From contig JBGUIX010000010.1 in assembly GCA_045113315.1 (NCBI GenBank), positions 3,248 to 67,247 on the forward strand: a stretch of DNA of 64,000 nt, in the 5' to 3' direction. This stretch comes from Bacilli bacterium (GTDB lineage: Bacteria; Bacillota_I; Bacilli_A; RFN20; CAG-826). Below are positions 34,885 through 45,263 of this stretch, piece by piece (position 1 is the stretch's first letter; every line of letters starts with the position of its first letter). The translations under genes were made by a program, and so were the position numbers. The notes beneath the pieces were generated by a model. It had not been told where the DNA came from and ran no database searches. It saw only the letters and a program-made list of their open reading frames with translations.

Positions 34885-35346
34885 TTATTTGGACCATTTA
34901 ACGGTGAAGTTATGTTCCACACCACTGACTTTACCTTTCATACTGGTTAATAAGCCATATTTGTTAAAGGTCGCTGTACCGTTATCTTGTTCAGCTTTCA
35001 TGGTAACTTTGAATGAACCATTACCGAAATAATAGGTGAAACTTTCATTATTACCGACAAATGCAGCATCATAAACGAAGACTTTTAAACCCGCTAAAGC
35101 GGCAACGCTATTGTCATTTGTACTTGGTTTACCATCTTTCCATTCATAAGTGGTCTTATCAAATTTGACTTCAGCACCTAAATAGGTGGATGTACCGTTT
35201 AAAACGACCTTTGTGAAAGGAACTTCTTGCTTAGCAGCGTTAACAGCTTCTTCATGGAATTTGTCATAGCTGACTTTGCTTGGGCCACAGGCTGTCAATA
35301 GGACTAGTGATGCGGCACCTAAAACTAATTTGTTTAAGATTTTCAT
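34885..35346 (-). CDS. Small lipoprotein (153 aa)
   Basis: Signal peptide plus lipobox MKILNKLVLGAASLVLLTAC. Confidence 0.7.
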   Translation of the reverse strand: MKILNKLVLGAASLVLLTACGPSKVSYDKFHEEAVNAAKQEVPFTKVVLNGTSTYLGAEVKFDKTTYEWKDGKPSTNDNSVAALAGLKVFVYDAAFVGNNESFTYYFGNGSFKVTMKAEQDNGTATFNKYGLLTSMKGKVSGVEHNFTVKWSK

Positions 35347-35432
35347 AATTTTATCAATCCCCTTATGTAAAACATAATATCACTTGATTTTTAATACTTA
35401 GAAACACTTTTTGTGTTTTTTGTATCAAAGGC

Positions 35433-35470
35433 AAAAGAAACCCCTATCTAGTGAACAATCTAGTAGGGGT
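35433..35470 (-). terminator. Rho-independent terminator of the C11 peptidase gene
   Basis: Minus-strand CCCCUACUAG-loop-CUAGAUAGGGG (one bulge) followed by UUUCUUUU. Confidence 0.55.
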
Positions 35471-35477
35471 ATTATTT

Positions 35478-37292
35478 TTAATAACAGCGACCTGATTTTT
35501 CACAGAACTTGTACCAATCAGTTAAATGCGTTTCAGAACCTTGATAATAACCTTTTACTGGTATAAACATTGATAAGCCACATCCAGAGGTGTTTTTTCC
35601 GTGTTGTTCATAATAAACTAACACGCTTAAAGCCGCTTTTGCTTCACTTACAGTAGATAAACCGCTATAACTTGAATCAGAAACATCGAAGACATCTTCG
35701 GCATCAAATACATCATAGCCATAACTAGCACTACTAGCATATCTTTTCACATTGCTATTCATTAAATTTTTAAATGTGGTCCAGTTAGTGACTTTGCTAT
35801 TCATCTGTTTAGCAAACGCAGATAGTTTGTTCACATATGTATCAATTTTTGTCAAATTAATGACGGATTGGGTTTGGTCATATTCATGGGCGCTTTCCAC
35901 TTCTTCCATAAATGTAACAGCGATTTCTTTTAATAATTCACCTGGGTGAACTTCTTGTCCGTTTTTAACTCTTGTATATAAATATGGAAGCCAGGCATCG
36001 TAATCATAACCTGATCCAGCTTCAACTTCTTGAGAAGAAAGCATATAGTTGAAATTTTTACTATTATATTCAGCGATATCTTGAACACACATTAAGCAAG
36101 CATCATAAGTGATGAAGTCGAGTTTGGAAGCGATTCCATAATTTCTTCTTGCCTCGGTCACTGCAGCTTCACATTCAGATGAAGTTAATGCATCGTCGCC
36201 TTTGACCTCATCAAAACAGACACCTTGCATCGCGCCACCATGGTTCCATAAAATGACACCATAATGTTCAGCGGGATATTTATGAAATCCCCATTCCAAG
36301 AACTCTTGGAAAGTAGAAGTTGCACCCATACTATATGTATAAGTTTTATCTTCTTCCCAGACGATTTGTTGATTATCAACATGCCATCTAGATAATTTGT
36401 CTTTGTGTTGTCTAATCTTTGTGTTTTTCCAACCTAAAGAACCACCACACTCCATGATGATGTTGACACTATCTGGTTTACCGCTAGTTGCTAAAATTTC
36501 AGCGATATCATCGGAACAATAACCCATAGGGTTTGTGTCAGGATCGTATCCATATTGAGCGTAGTCACTTCCACTTTCCAAGGAAGAACCACACATATAC
36601 ATCATAATGGTCCATTTATCTAATGGGATTTCTTGAATTTGGATAGTTTTAGATGCTTCAAATCTATTATCCGCGGTTTTCGCAGTAACAACGACACTAC
36701 CTTCACTGGAATATGAAGTCAAAACACCTGTATCACTAATAGAGGCTAGATTTGTTTTATCAACCGACCAGTTAATTTCTGGAAGTTCCGCACGACTTGG
36801 ATTAGCGGCGACAGAAAAAGTCATCGTGGAATTAAGACTCATATTTTCTCGAGGGGAAGAAATGGTAATACCAGCTAATTCAGGATTGACAACCTCAACG
36901 TTAAAAGAAACAGAGAATTCAGTTTTATTTTCGTTGGTCAAATTACCAGAGACGGTAACAATAGCATTTCCTACTGAAACACCTTTAAAATCACAATTAT
37001 GTTTTGTAGTGACACTTGTTGATTCCCTTTTTAGAATCTTCTTATTTGAAGTCCTCCAAGAAATTTCACTTTTCGGCAAAACATCCTGATCAGCGGATAA
37101 AGTAAAAGTAACAATGCTATCAACACTAACTTTAGATTCTCCGGTCAATTTCACTACTACACCATCGAATACTCCCTCAGCTTCTGATTGAGTTTTTTCA
37201 CTTATACTCTCCGCTTTTGGAGAGACGATATTACATGATGAAAGAAGTAATGGAGTTAATATTAACGGAACAAGTTTCCAAATCTTTCTCAT
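35478..37292 (-). CDS. Lipoprotein with two Big_2-like domains and a clostripain-family (peptidase C11) domain
   Basis: Lipobox LLLSSC after ATG 37292. C11 hallmarks are WTIMMYMCGSSLES, His in ILWNHGGAMQG and Cys in ITYDACLMC. Confidence 0.75.
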   Translation of the reverse strand: MRKIWKLVPLILTPLLLSSCNIVSPKAESISEKTQSEAEGVFDGVVVKLTGESKVSVDSIVTFTLSADQDVLPKSEISWRTSNKKILKRESTSVTTKHNCDFKGVSVGNAIVTVSGNLTNENKTEFSVSFNVEVVNPELAGITISSPRENMSLNSTMTFSVAANPSRAELPEINWSVDKTNLASISDTGVLTSYSSEGSVVVTAKTADNRFEASKTIQIQEIPLDKWTIMMYMCGSSLESGSDYAQYGYDPDTNPMGYCSDDIAEILATSGKPDSVNIIMECGGSLGWKNTKIRQHKDKLSRWHVDNQQIVWEEDKTYTYSMGATSTFQEFLEWGFHKYPAEHYGVILWNHGGAMQGVCFDEVKGDDALTSSECEAAVTEARRNYGIASKLDFITYDACLMCVQDIAEYNSKNFNYMLSSQEVEAGSGYDYDAWLPYLYTRVKNGQEVHPGELLKEIAVTFMEEVESAHEYDQTQSVINLTKIDTYVNKLSAFAKQMNSKVTNWTTFKNLMNSNVKRYASSASYGYDVFDAEDVFDVSDSSYSGLSTVSEAKAALSVLVYYEQHGKNTSGCGLSMFIPVKGYYQGSETHLTDWYKFCEKSGRCY

Positions 37293-37413
37293 AATTTTCC
37301 CCTTTAGTTCCATTTTAATGGAGAGATTATTTTAAGGGAAAAAGAAACACAATGCAAACAAAGTGTTTATTTATTGTTATTAAATAAAGAATGTATCTAT
37401 CAATTGTAGGGTT

Positions 37414-37444
37414 AAAAAAAGAAGTGATGAACATCACCACTTCT
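37414..37444 (-). terminator. Rho-independent terminator ending the alpha operon (after rplQ)
   Basis: Minus-strand AGAAGUGGUGAUG-UU-CAUCACUUCU followed by UUUUUUU. Confidence 0.75.
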
Positions 37445-37462
37445 CTTTAGCTTGATATGAGA

Positions 37463-37864
37463 TTATTCAACCCAGGTAACCACGACGATTGGAGCGTCAT
37501 CTCCACGTCTATTACCGAGTTTTAATCTTCTTGTATATCCACCGTTTCTTTCCTTAAATTTAGGACCGACTTCGGAGAATAAAACATCTAAAGCTTTTTT
37601 GCCAGATTCGTTTTCGATGTTTCTAACAAATCTAGCGGCTTGTCTTTTTGCGTTCATAACATCTTCCTTTTTGGTTAATGTCACTAAACGATCTGCTTCT
37701 TTCACCACATCACGGGCGACAGCTTCTGTAACTTTAACAGAACCTTTGAGAATTAAGTCAGTAACGACATTACGAAGCATATTCTCATATTTGCTCTTGG
37801 TATAGGCGGCTTTAAATCTTACACCGGTCTTACCATGGACATTTTTTCTACCTTGTGCTGGCAT
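37463..37864 (-). CDS. rplQ: 50S ribosomal protein L17
   Basis: Recognisable L17 sequence (GGYTRRLKLGNRRGD). Last gene of the cluster after rpoA. Confidence 0.9.
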   Translation of the reverse strand: MPAQGRKNVHGKTGVRFKAAYTKSKYENMLRNVVTDLILKGSVKVTEAVARDVVKEADRLVTLTKKEDVMNAKRQAARFVRNIENESGKKALDVLFSEVGPKFKERNGGYTRRLKLGNRRGDDAPIVVVTWVE

Positions 37865-37878
37865 AACTTGTTACCTCC

Positions 37879-38844
37879 TTATTCAAAGTCTCTGAAGGAT
37901 AAACCATAAGAAGTTAATTTTTCTTTGATTTCCTTAAGTGATTTCTTACCTAAGTTTTTGACCTTCATCATCTCTTCTTCACTCTTTTCTGTTAATTCGA
38001 GGATGGTTTGAATACCAGCTCTCTTTAAGCAGTTATAAGAACGGACAGAGAGATCTAATTCTTCGATGGTGAAGTTTTCATATTTATTTTCTTCAACTTT
38101 CACTTCATCCTTTTCGATATTGATATCTCTTGTGATATCAGCGACATCTAAGAATTTATTTAAGTGGGCAATTAAGATTTCCGCGGATAAGGCTAAAGCT
38201 TCCTGAGGAAGTATAGAGCCGTTTGTCCAAACTTCGATTGTTAACTTGTCGAATCTAGAATCGTGTCCCACACGGGTGTTTTCGACGGTATAATTGGCTT
38301 TTCTCACTGGTGAGTAGTTACTATCAGTAGAAATGGTGCCGAGAGTTAAACCGGTATGAAGTAATTTATTTTGTTCACCGGTCACATAACCACGACCATT
38401 TCTAGCGTGTAAAACCATCTTTAAGGAACCGCCTTCACAAACGTGAGCGATTTCTAAATCTTTGTTAACGACCTCGACCCCGCTAGGTAAGATAATGTCA
38501 CCAGCGGTCACCACTTTTGGTCCTTTAACATCGATTTCTAATTTTTTATTTGTATCATCACCTTCAGGAATTTTTAAGACTAAGTCTTTTAAATTTAAGA
38601 TGATGGATGTGACGTCTTCTTCCACACCTTCTAAAGCGGTGAATTCATGACGCGCACCTTCCACTTCTACCGCGTAGACAGAAGCGCCAGGTAAACTGGA
38701 TAATAACACTCTTCTTAAAGCGTTACCTAATGTATTACCAAATCCTCTTTCTAAAGGTTCGATGACGAAACGACCATAATTTTCATTTCCGTCATAATCG
38801 GCTTGGGAGATCCCAAATCTTTCAAATGGGTTCGCAATTTTCAT
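37879..38844 (-). CDS. rpoA: DNA-directed RNA polymerase alpha subunit
   Basis: 321 aa with the N-terminal assembly domain (GNTLGNALRRVLLSS) and a C-terminal domain with LSVRSYNCLKRAGI. Confidence 0.95.
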   Translation of the reverse strand: MKIANPFERFGISQADYDGNENYGRFVIEPLERGFGNTLGNALRRVLLSSLPGASVYAVEVEGARHEFTALEGVEEDVTSIILNLKDLVLKIPEGDDTNKKLEIDVKGPKVVTAGDIILPSGVEVVNKDLEIAHVCEGGSLKMVLHARNGRGYVTGEQNKLLHTGLTLGTISTDSNYSPVRKANYTVENTRVGHDSRFDKLTIEVWTNGSILPQEALALSAEILIAHLNKFLDVADITRDINIEKDEVKVEENKYENFTIEELDLSVRSYNCLKRAGIQTILELTEKSEEEMMKVKNLGKKSLKEIKEKLTSYGLSFRDFE

Positions 38845-38859
38845 GTTTTTTACCTCCTA

Positions 38860-39249
38860 TTAGCCTCTTGGGCGTTTTGGTGGACGGCAGCCATTATGTG
38901 GGATTGGAGTGCTATCAACGATAGATAAGACTTGTAAACCCACGACCGCTAAAGAACGGATGGCGCCTTCACGACCTGGACCTGGACCTTTGACATCGAC
39001 ATCAACTTGTCTAATTCCTTGATCATAAGCGGCTTTACCAGCAGCTTCCGCGGCTTGTTGAGCAGCGAATGGAGTGGCTTTTTTCGCACCTTTGAAGCCC
39101 ATCGCACCAGCGCTGGACCAGCTTAAGGCGTTACCTTGTTCATCACAGATGGTCACAATTGTGTTATTGAAAGTGGAATGAATGTGGGCCACACCTTTAG
39201 TAAATGAACGTTTGACTTTCTTTTTACGAGTATTTGTCTTTTGAGCCAT
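38860..39249 (-). CDS. rpsK: 30S ribosomal protein S11
   Basis: [16 protein letters not shown] ... [15 protein letters not shown]. Confidence 0.95.
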   Translation of the reverse strand: MAQKTNTRKKKVKRSFTKGVAHIHSTFNNTIVTICDEQGNALSWSSAGAMGFKGAKKATPFAAQQAAEAAGKAAYDQGIRQVDVDVKGPGPGREGAIRSLAVVGLQVLSIVDSTPIPHNGCRPPKRPRG

Positions 39250-39267
39250 ATTACTTTCCTCCTTCTA

Positions 39268-39645
39268 TTAACCTTGTGGCGCCATCTTCTTATTCGCAAT
39301 GGTCTTTCTTGGACCTTTACGAGTTCTGGCGTTAGTTTTTGTTCTTTGACCACGGACTGGTAAACCTTTTCTGTGGCGTAATCCTCTATAGCAGTTAATT
39401 TCTGTTAAACGTTTGATGTTTAAAGCTACTTCTCTACGAAGATCACCTTCTGTTTTGTATTTAGCGATTTCATTTCTGATCGCACCGAATTGATCATCAG
39501 TTAAATCTTTAACTCTGATCGTGCCGTCGACTTTTGCAGCTTCGCAAATCTTTTCGGCGGTATATCTTCCGATACCATAAATATAGGTAAGGGAGATTTT
39601 GACTGGTTTGTCGTTTGGAATATCAACACCAACAATACGTGCCAT
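39268..39645 (-). CDS. rpsM: 30S ribosomal protein S13
   Basis: [10 protein letters not shown] ... [23 protein letters not shown]. Confidence 0.95.
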   Translation of the reverse strand: MARIVGVDIPNDKPVKISLTYIYGIGRYTAEKICEAAKVDGTIRVKDLTDDQFGAIRNEIAKYKTEGDLRREVALNIKRLTEINCYRGLRHRKGLPVRGQRTKTNARTRKGPRKTIANKKMAPQG

Positions 39646-39662
39646 ATTTCAATTTCCTCCTA

Positions 39663-39776
39663 TTAACCTTGTCTCTGCTTGTGTTTTGGATTTGAGCAAA
39701 TGACCATAACTTTGCCATTTCTCTTAATCACTCTACACTTTGGGCAGATAGGTTTGACTGAGGGTCTGACTTTCAT
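39663..39776 (-). CDS. rpmJ: 50S ribosomal protein L36
   Basis: Not in the ORF track because it is under 60 aa. The reverse complement reads [37 protein letters not shown]. Confidence 0.9.
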   Translation of the reverse strand: MKVRPSVKPICPKCRVIKRNGKVMVICSNPKHKQRQG

Positions 39777-39801
39777 AAGTTTTTTCCTCCTAAATTACGG
39801 T

Positions 39802-40020
39802 TTATTTAAACCTAAATGTTATACGGCCCCGTGTTAAATCATAAGGCGAGATTTCTACCGTAACTCTATCACCTGGGAGAATGCGTATGTAATTCATACG
39901 GATTTTTCCAGAAACGGTGGCCTGAATTACGACGCCGTTTTCGAGTTCTACCTTGAAATTTGCGTTAGGTAGGCACTCCTTAACGACCGCCTGCACTTCA
40001 ATCATATCTTGTTTTGACAT
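39802..40020 (-). CDS. infA: Translation initiation factor IF-1
   Basis: 72 aa with an S1-like fold sequence ([33 protein letters not shown]). Confidence 0.95.
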   Translation of the reverse strand: MSKQDMIEVQAVVKECLPNANFKVELENGVVIQATVSGKIRMNYIRILPGDRVTVEISPYDLTRGRITFRFK

Positions 40021-40782
40021 TTATTCTTCTCCTTCATACATGGTAATTATTTCATAACCGTCTTCGGTGACGATCACTGTGTTCTCGTAATGCGCGGTTA
40101 ATTTACCGTCCTTACTTTTCACAGTCCATCCATCTCCTAAGGTACGAACATCCTTACGACCTTCTAATACCATCGGTTCGATGCATAACGCCATTCCTTT
40201 GCTAATAACTGGACCAGTTCCACTTCTTCCATAATTTGGAATGGATGGATCTTCATGCATGTGGGAACCTATCCCATGACCAGTATATTCTCTAACGACG
40301 TTATAACCATGACTTTCAACAAATTTTTGAATGGCTTCGGATATATCTCCGATATGAGCGCCGGGTCTCACTAATTTCACCGCTTCGAAGAAAGCTTGTT
40401 TAGTAATATCAACGATCCGATTCGCCCTTTCCGTGAGCGTGCCGACTTTATAGGTACGACACGCATCCGCGGAATAGCCTTTATATGTTGCTACAATATC
40501 CACTGAGACGATGTCACCTTCATGGATGACAATCTTACTTGAAGGAATGCCATGTATTAATGTGTCATTAACACTCACACACGCACTCGAGGGATAACCA
40601 TAATATCCTTTCTCCGCGGGAATACAGTTATTATCTAACATCGTTTTCTCGACGATAGAATCGATATCTAAGGTTGTCATACCAGGATGAATCTTCTCTT
40701 CTAGTGTTTTAAACACTAAAGCGACGACTCGTCCCGCTTCTTTCATCAAATTAATTTCTCGTTCGGATTTTGTAATAATCAT
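40021..40782 (-). CDS. map: Methionine aminopeptidase type I
   Basis: Metal ligand regions are present: DIVSVD, GYSAD, GHGIG, EPMV and ENT. Confidence 0.9.
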   Translation of the reverse strand: MIITKSEREINLMKEAGRVVALVFKTLEEKIHPGMTTLDIDSIVEKTMLDNNCIPAEKGYYGYPSSACVSVNDTLIHGIPSSKIVIHEGDIVSVDIVATYKGYSADACRTYKVGTLTERANRIVDITKQAFFEAVKLVRPGAHIGDISEAIQKFVESHGYNVVREYTGHGIGSHMHEDPSIPNYGRSGTGPVISKGMALCIEPMVLEGRKDVRTLGDGWTVKSKDGKLTAHYENTVIVTEDGYEIITMYEGEE

Positions 40783-40783
40783 A

Positions 40784-41434
40784 TTATTTTGTTAAAAATT
40801 TGGAAACTTGATTGAAGAGTTCTTGACTGCCCACTAAAGAGTTGAAGTTCTCTAATAAGCCTCTTTTTTTGTAGAAGTCTAAGAGAGGTTTAGTGTCAGT
40901 CACATAGTGGTCTAAACGAACTTTTAAAGCTTCTTCATTATCGTCCGCTCTTTGATAGAGTGGTCCGCCACATAAATCACAGACACCTTCCACTTTTGGT
41001 TTCATGGTGACGATGTGATATGGTGCGCCACAATTCTTACAGACGCGACGACCGGAGATTCTTCTAATGAGTTCTTCGTTATTACAATCTAAGTTGACCA
41101 CGACTTCGATTGGTCGATTGATTTCTTTAGATAATCTTTCTAAAGCTTCCGCTTGAGGAAGAGTTCTTGGGAAACCATCGAGTAAGAAACCGTTTTCACA
41201 GTCCTTTTCCGCTAAACGAGCTTTTAACATATCGATGGTCACTTGGTCAGGGACTAAGTCACCTTTATCGATATAGCTTTTCGCGAGTAGACCTAATGCG
41301 GTTCCACCCTTTATATTTTCTCTAAACATATCTCCAGTAGAAATATGAACGAGATTAAGGGAACTTTTTAATTGTTTAGCCAAGGTGCCTTTACCCGCAC
41401 CTGGAGGGCCCATTAAGATAATGTTCTTTTTCAT
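40784..41434 (-). CDS. adk: Adenylate kinase (zinc-lid type)
   Basis: P-loop GPPGAGKGT and lid CKNCGAPYH ... CDLCGGPL. Confidence 0.95.
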   Translation of the reverse strand: MKKNIILMGPPGAGKGTLAKQLKSSLNLVHISTGDMFRENIKGGTALGLLAKSYIDKGDLVPDQVTIDMLKARLAEKDCENGFLLDGFPRTLPQAEALERLSKEINRPIEVVVNLDCNNEELIRRISGRRVCKNCGAPYHIVTMKPKVEGVCDLCGGPLYQRADDNEEALKVRLDHYVTDTKPLLDFYKKRGLLENFNSLVGSQELFNQVSKFLTK

Positions 41435-41436
41435 AA

Positions 41437-42795
41437 TTAACGTCCTCCACCAGCGACGACTTCGTCGAATGATTTTCCGGCTAATAAGCCATCGATTTGA
41501 CTATTGATTTCAAGCGCCACACCAACGACGATGATTAATCCTGTTCCGCCTAAAGCCAGAGAAGGATTATCTTTAAAGATGGTTAATGTTAAGACGACTG
41601 GTAAGGCCGCGATAAGGGCTAATGCCATCGCTCCGATAAAGGTCACTCTATTGAGTACTTTACGGACATAACGTTCCGTTTCATTACCGGTATGGATACC
41701 AGGGATATAACTACCATTCTTTTGGAAGTTTTCCGCAAGTTGTTGTGGATTAATTTGAATGTTCGCATAGAAGAAGGTAAATGCAATTGTTAAGACTAAA
41801 TAGATTATTAAGCCCCAAGGCATTGACCATCCACCCATATCATACATCGTGGAGGTTTGAAAAATTCCTAACCATTTATCACTTGTTTTATCTGGGTCGA
41901 TAAATGCGACGATAACGCTAGGTGCCATCAAGATGGAACTCGCGAAGATGACAGGAATGACACCTGCGGAGTTAACCTTGATCGGTAAGAAGCTAGCACG
42001 GGACATCGCTTGAGTTTGTCCCCCACCCTTACCGGAGTGTTGCACTGGAATCTTTCTTTTGGAAAGTTCGATAAATGTAACAAAGGCAATAATAAGGACA
42101 TAAGAGAGGATATAAAGCAAGAATTTGAATATACCCGCGATACGAGCGGAGTCGCCTTGTCCTTGTAATGCGGAATTACCCACCCATAATGAGAAGGCAT
42201 TTCCAATCTGACTTGGTAATGAGCAAACGATACCGGCGAAGATAATCATTGAGATACCGTTGCCAATACCTTTGATAGATATTTGGTCACCGAGCCACAT
42301 GACAATCATGCTACCCGCCATCATAATGACAATTATATAAATATAAGTGAGCCATTCTTGACTAGCGGTCACGAATGTAATGGCGTCAGATGATTCCATG
42401 GTACGAATAATACCATAGGCTTGGACCGCACCTAACATCAATGTTAGATAACGGGTGGCCATTTCGAGCTTTCTTCTTCCGCCTTGACCTTGACGTTTCA
42501 GCTCCGTTAAGGCTGGTAAGACATCAGTGGATAATAGTTCCACGATAATCTGCGCCGTGATGTAAGGAGAAACGCCTAGGGCGAATATGGAGAAGCTCTG
42601 TAAAGTTCCTCCGCCTAATAGGTTCATTAAGGATAAAGCGTAAGAACTATCTAAATAATTCTGTAAATCTTCACCTAATGTCACCCCCGGAACGGTGATT
42701 TGAGCTCCGATTCGGAAGATGAAGAGGATGAGAACCGTGAATAAGATACGGTTCATGATTTCTTTATTTTTGAGAATTCCACCTAATTTCTTCAT
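41437..42795 (-). CDS. secY: Preprotein translocase subunit SecY
   Basis: 452 aa, 10-TM pattern, located between rplO and adk. Confidence 0.95.
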   Translation of the reverse strand: MKKLGGILKNKEIMNRILFTVLILFIFRIGAQITVPGVTLGEDLQNYLDSSYALSLMNLLGGGTLQSFSIFALGVSPYITAQIIVELLSTDVLPALTELKRQGQGGRRKLEMATRYLTLMLGAVQAYGIIRTMESSDAITFVTASQEWLTYIYIIVIMMAGSMIVMWLGDQISIKGIGNGISMIIFAGIVCSLPSQIGNAFSLWVGNSALQGQGDSARIAGIFKFLLYILSYVLIIAFVTFIELSKRKIPVQHSGKGGGQTQAMSRASFLPIKVNSAGVIPVIFASSILMAPSVIVAFIDPDKTSDKWLGIFQTSTMYDMGGWSMPWGLIIYLVLTIAFTFFYANIQINPQQLAENFQKNGSYIPGIHTGNETERYVRKVLNRVTFIGAMALALIAALPVVLTLTIFKDNPSLALGGTGLIIVVGVALEINSQIDGLLAGKSFDEVVAGGGR

Positions 42796-42797
42796 AA

Positions 42798-43238
42798 TTA
42801 GATCACCTCAATTTTGCCACCGGCATCACTAATGGCTTTTTCAGCGGATTTGCTGAAGGCGTGAGCTTGGACGGTTAACTTCTTTTCCAAAGTTCCTCCG
42901 CCTAAAACTTTTAAACCACTATATTCTTTGGTTAATAAACCTTCTTCTTTTAGTAATGCTGGAGAGACCACTGTACCGTCTTTGAATCTATTAAGATCCT
43001 TGACGTTAATGGTGGCATAATTGACATGATTTACATTTTTGAAGCCTCTTTTTGGAAGTCTTCTGAAGAGTGGTAATTGACCACCTTCGAAACCGAGAGC
43101 TACGCCACCACCGCTACGGGCATTTTGACCTTTATGACCTTTACCGGCTGTTTTGCCGTTTCCAGATCCAAGGCCACGTCCTTTACGGAAATGTTCTCTA
43201 CGCGCACCTTCGGTAACTTGAAGTTCATGTAATTTCAT
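42798..43238 (-). CDS. rplO: 50S ribosomal protein L15
   Basis: [25 protein letters not shown]. Confidence 0.95.
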   Translation of the reverse strand: MKLHELQVTEGARREHFRKGRGLGSGNGKTAGKGHKGQNARSGGGVALGFEGGQLPLFRRLPKRGFKNVNHVNYATINVKDLNRFKDGTVVSPALLKEEGLLTKEYSGLKVLGGGTLEKKLTVQAHAFSKSAEKAISDAGGKIEVI

Positions 43239-43282
43239 ATGTGCACCTCCTGTTCAAATATTTTTATATTGAATAGATATTT

Positions 43283-43903
43283 TTATTCTTTGCCACGAAG
43301 AGTTCTAGTTTCTTTGTAGCTCTTGAGGTTATTTAAGCCTTGGTTGGTGGCTCTAATAATGTTAATTGGAGCTCTACTACCATAGACTTTGGAGCAAACG
43401 TTACGAACACCTGCTAATTCTAAGACCGCACGGACTGGACCACCGGCGATAACACCAGTACCTTCAGGGGCAGGTTTTAGATAAACATTACAAGCACCAT
43501 ATTTACCGATGACTTCGTGAGAGATGGTTCCACCTTTCACTAAGTGAATGTTAAATAGGTTCTTTTTAGCAGATTCGGATGCTTTCTTAATCGCATCTGG
43601 GACTTCAGCGGCTTTACCGACACCGAAGCCGTAGCGGCCTTTACCATCTCCGACGACAACAAGCGCGGAGAATTTCATTCTACGACCACCTTTAACGGTT
43701 TTGCTAACACGGTTGATGAAGACGACACGTTCTTCAAATTCTTTTACTTCTTCGCCTCTTGGATGACGATCACGTCTATCACCTTTAGATGGACGTCTAT
43801 CGCCTCTTGGACGACGAGATTCTTTATTTTCTTCTTTAGGAGCTTCGCTAACTGGAGCAGCTTCTGTAGCGGAAACTTCCGCGACTTTCTTTTCTTCTTC
43901 CAT
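43283..43903 (-). CDS. rpsE: 30S ribosomal protein S5 with an N-terminal extension of about 55 aa
   Basis: Core [28 protein letters not shown]. The extension is preceded by its own RBS GGGAGG. Confidence 0.9.
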   Translation of the reverse strand: MEEEKKVAEVSATEAAPVSEAPKEENKESRRPRGDRRPSKGDRRDRHPRGEEVKEFEERVVFINRVSKTVKGGRRMKFSALVVVGDGKGRYGFGVGKAAEVPDAIKKASESAKKNLFNIHLVKGGTISHEVIGKYGACNVYLKPAPEGTGVIAGGPVRAVLELAGVRNVCSKVYGSRAPINIIRATNQGLNNLKSYKETRTLRGKE

Positions 43904-43917
43904 TTATCTTTCCTCCC

Positions 43918-44274
43918 TTAGAATTTTAAGCCAGCTTCTCTAGCGGCTTCCGCTAAAGCTTTAACACGTCCGTGGTAGATATAACCACTTCTATCAAAGA
44001 CCACTGATTTAATCTTTTTGGCTAAAGCCTTTTTAGCGATATCTTCACCCACTAATTTCGCGGCTTCAATGTTGCTACCATTTTCTAATTTCAAAGTCAT
44101 AGAAGAACTTGAAACTAAGGTTACACCTTTGACGTCATCGATAATTTGAGCTTCGATATTTTTATTAGAACGGTAGACTGAGAGTCTTGGTGTTTCTGTT
44201 GTACCGGAAACTTTCGCTCTAACACGAGCGTGTCTACGAACACGAGATACGTTTTTATCTTGTTTTTTAACCAT
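43918..44274 (-). CDS. rplR: 50S ribosomal protein L18
   Basis: [18 protein letters not shown] ... [29 protein letters not shown] at 44274; the tracked start is TTG. Confidence 0.9.
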   Translation of the reverse strand: MVKKQDKNVSRVRRHARVRAKVSGTTETPRLSVYRSNKNIEAQIIDDVKGVTLVSSSSMTLKLENGSNIEAAKLVGEDIAKKALAKKIKSVVFDRSGYIYHGRVKALAEAAREAGLKF

Positions 44275-44297
44275 AAACAACTATTCCTACCTTTCTA

Positions 44298-44840
44298 TTA
44301 TTTACCAGCGGCACGTTTGCCTTCTTTTGTGGCAACGTACTCACCCTTATAACGAATACCTTTACCGAGGTATGGTTCTGGAGGTCTCACTTCACGAATT
44401 CTCGCTGCGGTTTGACCAACAGCTTGTTTATCAATACCTTCGACATCGATATTTGTTGGATCAACGATAATGACTTTCACTCCTTCATTTGGAACGATGG
44501 TCACTGTGTGGCTATAACCGGCCCATAAGACTAAGTTATTACCTTGTAATTGGGCTTTATAACCGATACCTCTCATCTCGAGAGATTTTTTGTATCCTTG
44601 GCTGACACCGACAACCGCGTTATGAACATTAGCTCTCACTGTGCCGTGATTTTGTTTGGTTTGCTTTAGTTCATTGTGACGGGAGAAGGAAACAATGTTA
44701 CCTTCCACTTTCATATCGATACCAGAGTTTAAGGCCACCATTAATGTGCCTTTTGGGCCACTGACTTTGGCAAAGCTACCTTCTTGGCTTACGGTAACAC
44801 CGGCTGGAAGGACAATATGTTTATTACCAATTCTTGACAT
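44298..44840 (-). CDS. rplF: 50S ribosomal protein L6
   Basis: MSRIGNKHIVLPAGV ... PEPYLGKGIRYKGE. Confidence 0.95.
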   Translation of the reverse strand: MSRIGNKHIVLPAGVTVSQEGSFAKVSGPKGTLMVALNSGIDMKVEGNIVSFSRHNELKQTKQNHGTVRANVHNAVVGVSQGYKKSLEMRGIGYKAQLQGNNLVLWAGYSHTVTIVPNEGVKVIIVDPTNIDVEGIDKQAVGQTAARIREVRPPEPYLGKGIRYKGEYVATKEGKRAAGK

Positions 44841-44851
44841 AAATATACCTC

Positions 44852-45244
44852 CTACCAGACATAAGCGATGACTTCACCGCCGATACCAAGGGTTCTGGCT
44901 TTGGCATCAGTCATGACACCTTGAGAAGTGGAGATGATCGCAATACCTAAGCCTTTTAAAACTCTTGGAAGTTTTTCGCAGCTCACGTTGACACGTAATC
45001 CTGGTTTAGAGATTTTCTTTAAGCCAGAGATAACTCTTGTGCCGTCAGCAGCGTACTTTAAGGTCACGGTCATTTCTTTTTTCACTTCACCTTTCACTTT
45101 ATAGTCAACGATGAAGCCTTCTTCTTTTAAGATTTTTGCAATTTCCACTTTCATCTTGCTGGATGGAAGTTTCACTGTTTCATGTTTTAAAGCGTTAGCG
45201 TTTCTGATACGTGTTAACATATCCGCAACTGGATCTGACATCAT
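44852..45244 (-). CDS. rpsH: 30S ribosomal protein S8
   Basis: [13 protein letters not shown] ... GGEVIAYVW. Confidence 0.95.
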   Translation of the reverse strand: MMSDPVADMLTRIRNANALKHETVKLPSSKMKVEIAKILKEEGFIVDYKVKGEVKKEMTVTLKYAADGTRVISGLKKISKPGLRVNVSCEKLPRVLKGLGIAIISTSQGVMTDAKARTLGIGGEVIAYVW

Positions 45245-45263
45245 AATTACATTTCCCTCCTTA

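Noticed and set aside
39153-39353. 66-aa ORF spanning the rpsM/rpsK junction
   Set aside because: It is out of frame on the same strand, overlaps two conserved genes, and its basic composition derives from their sequence.
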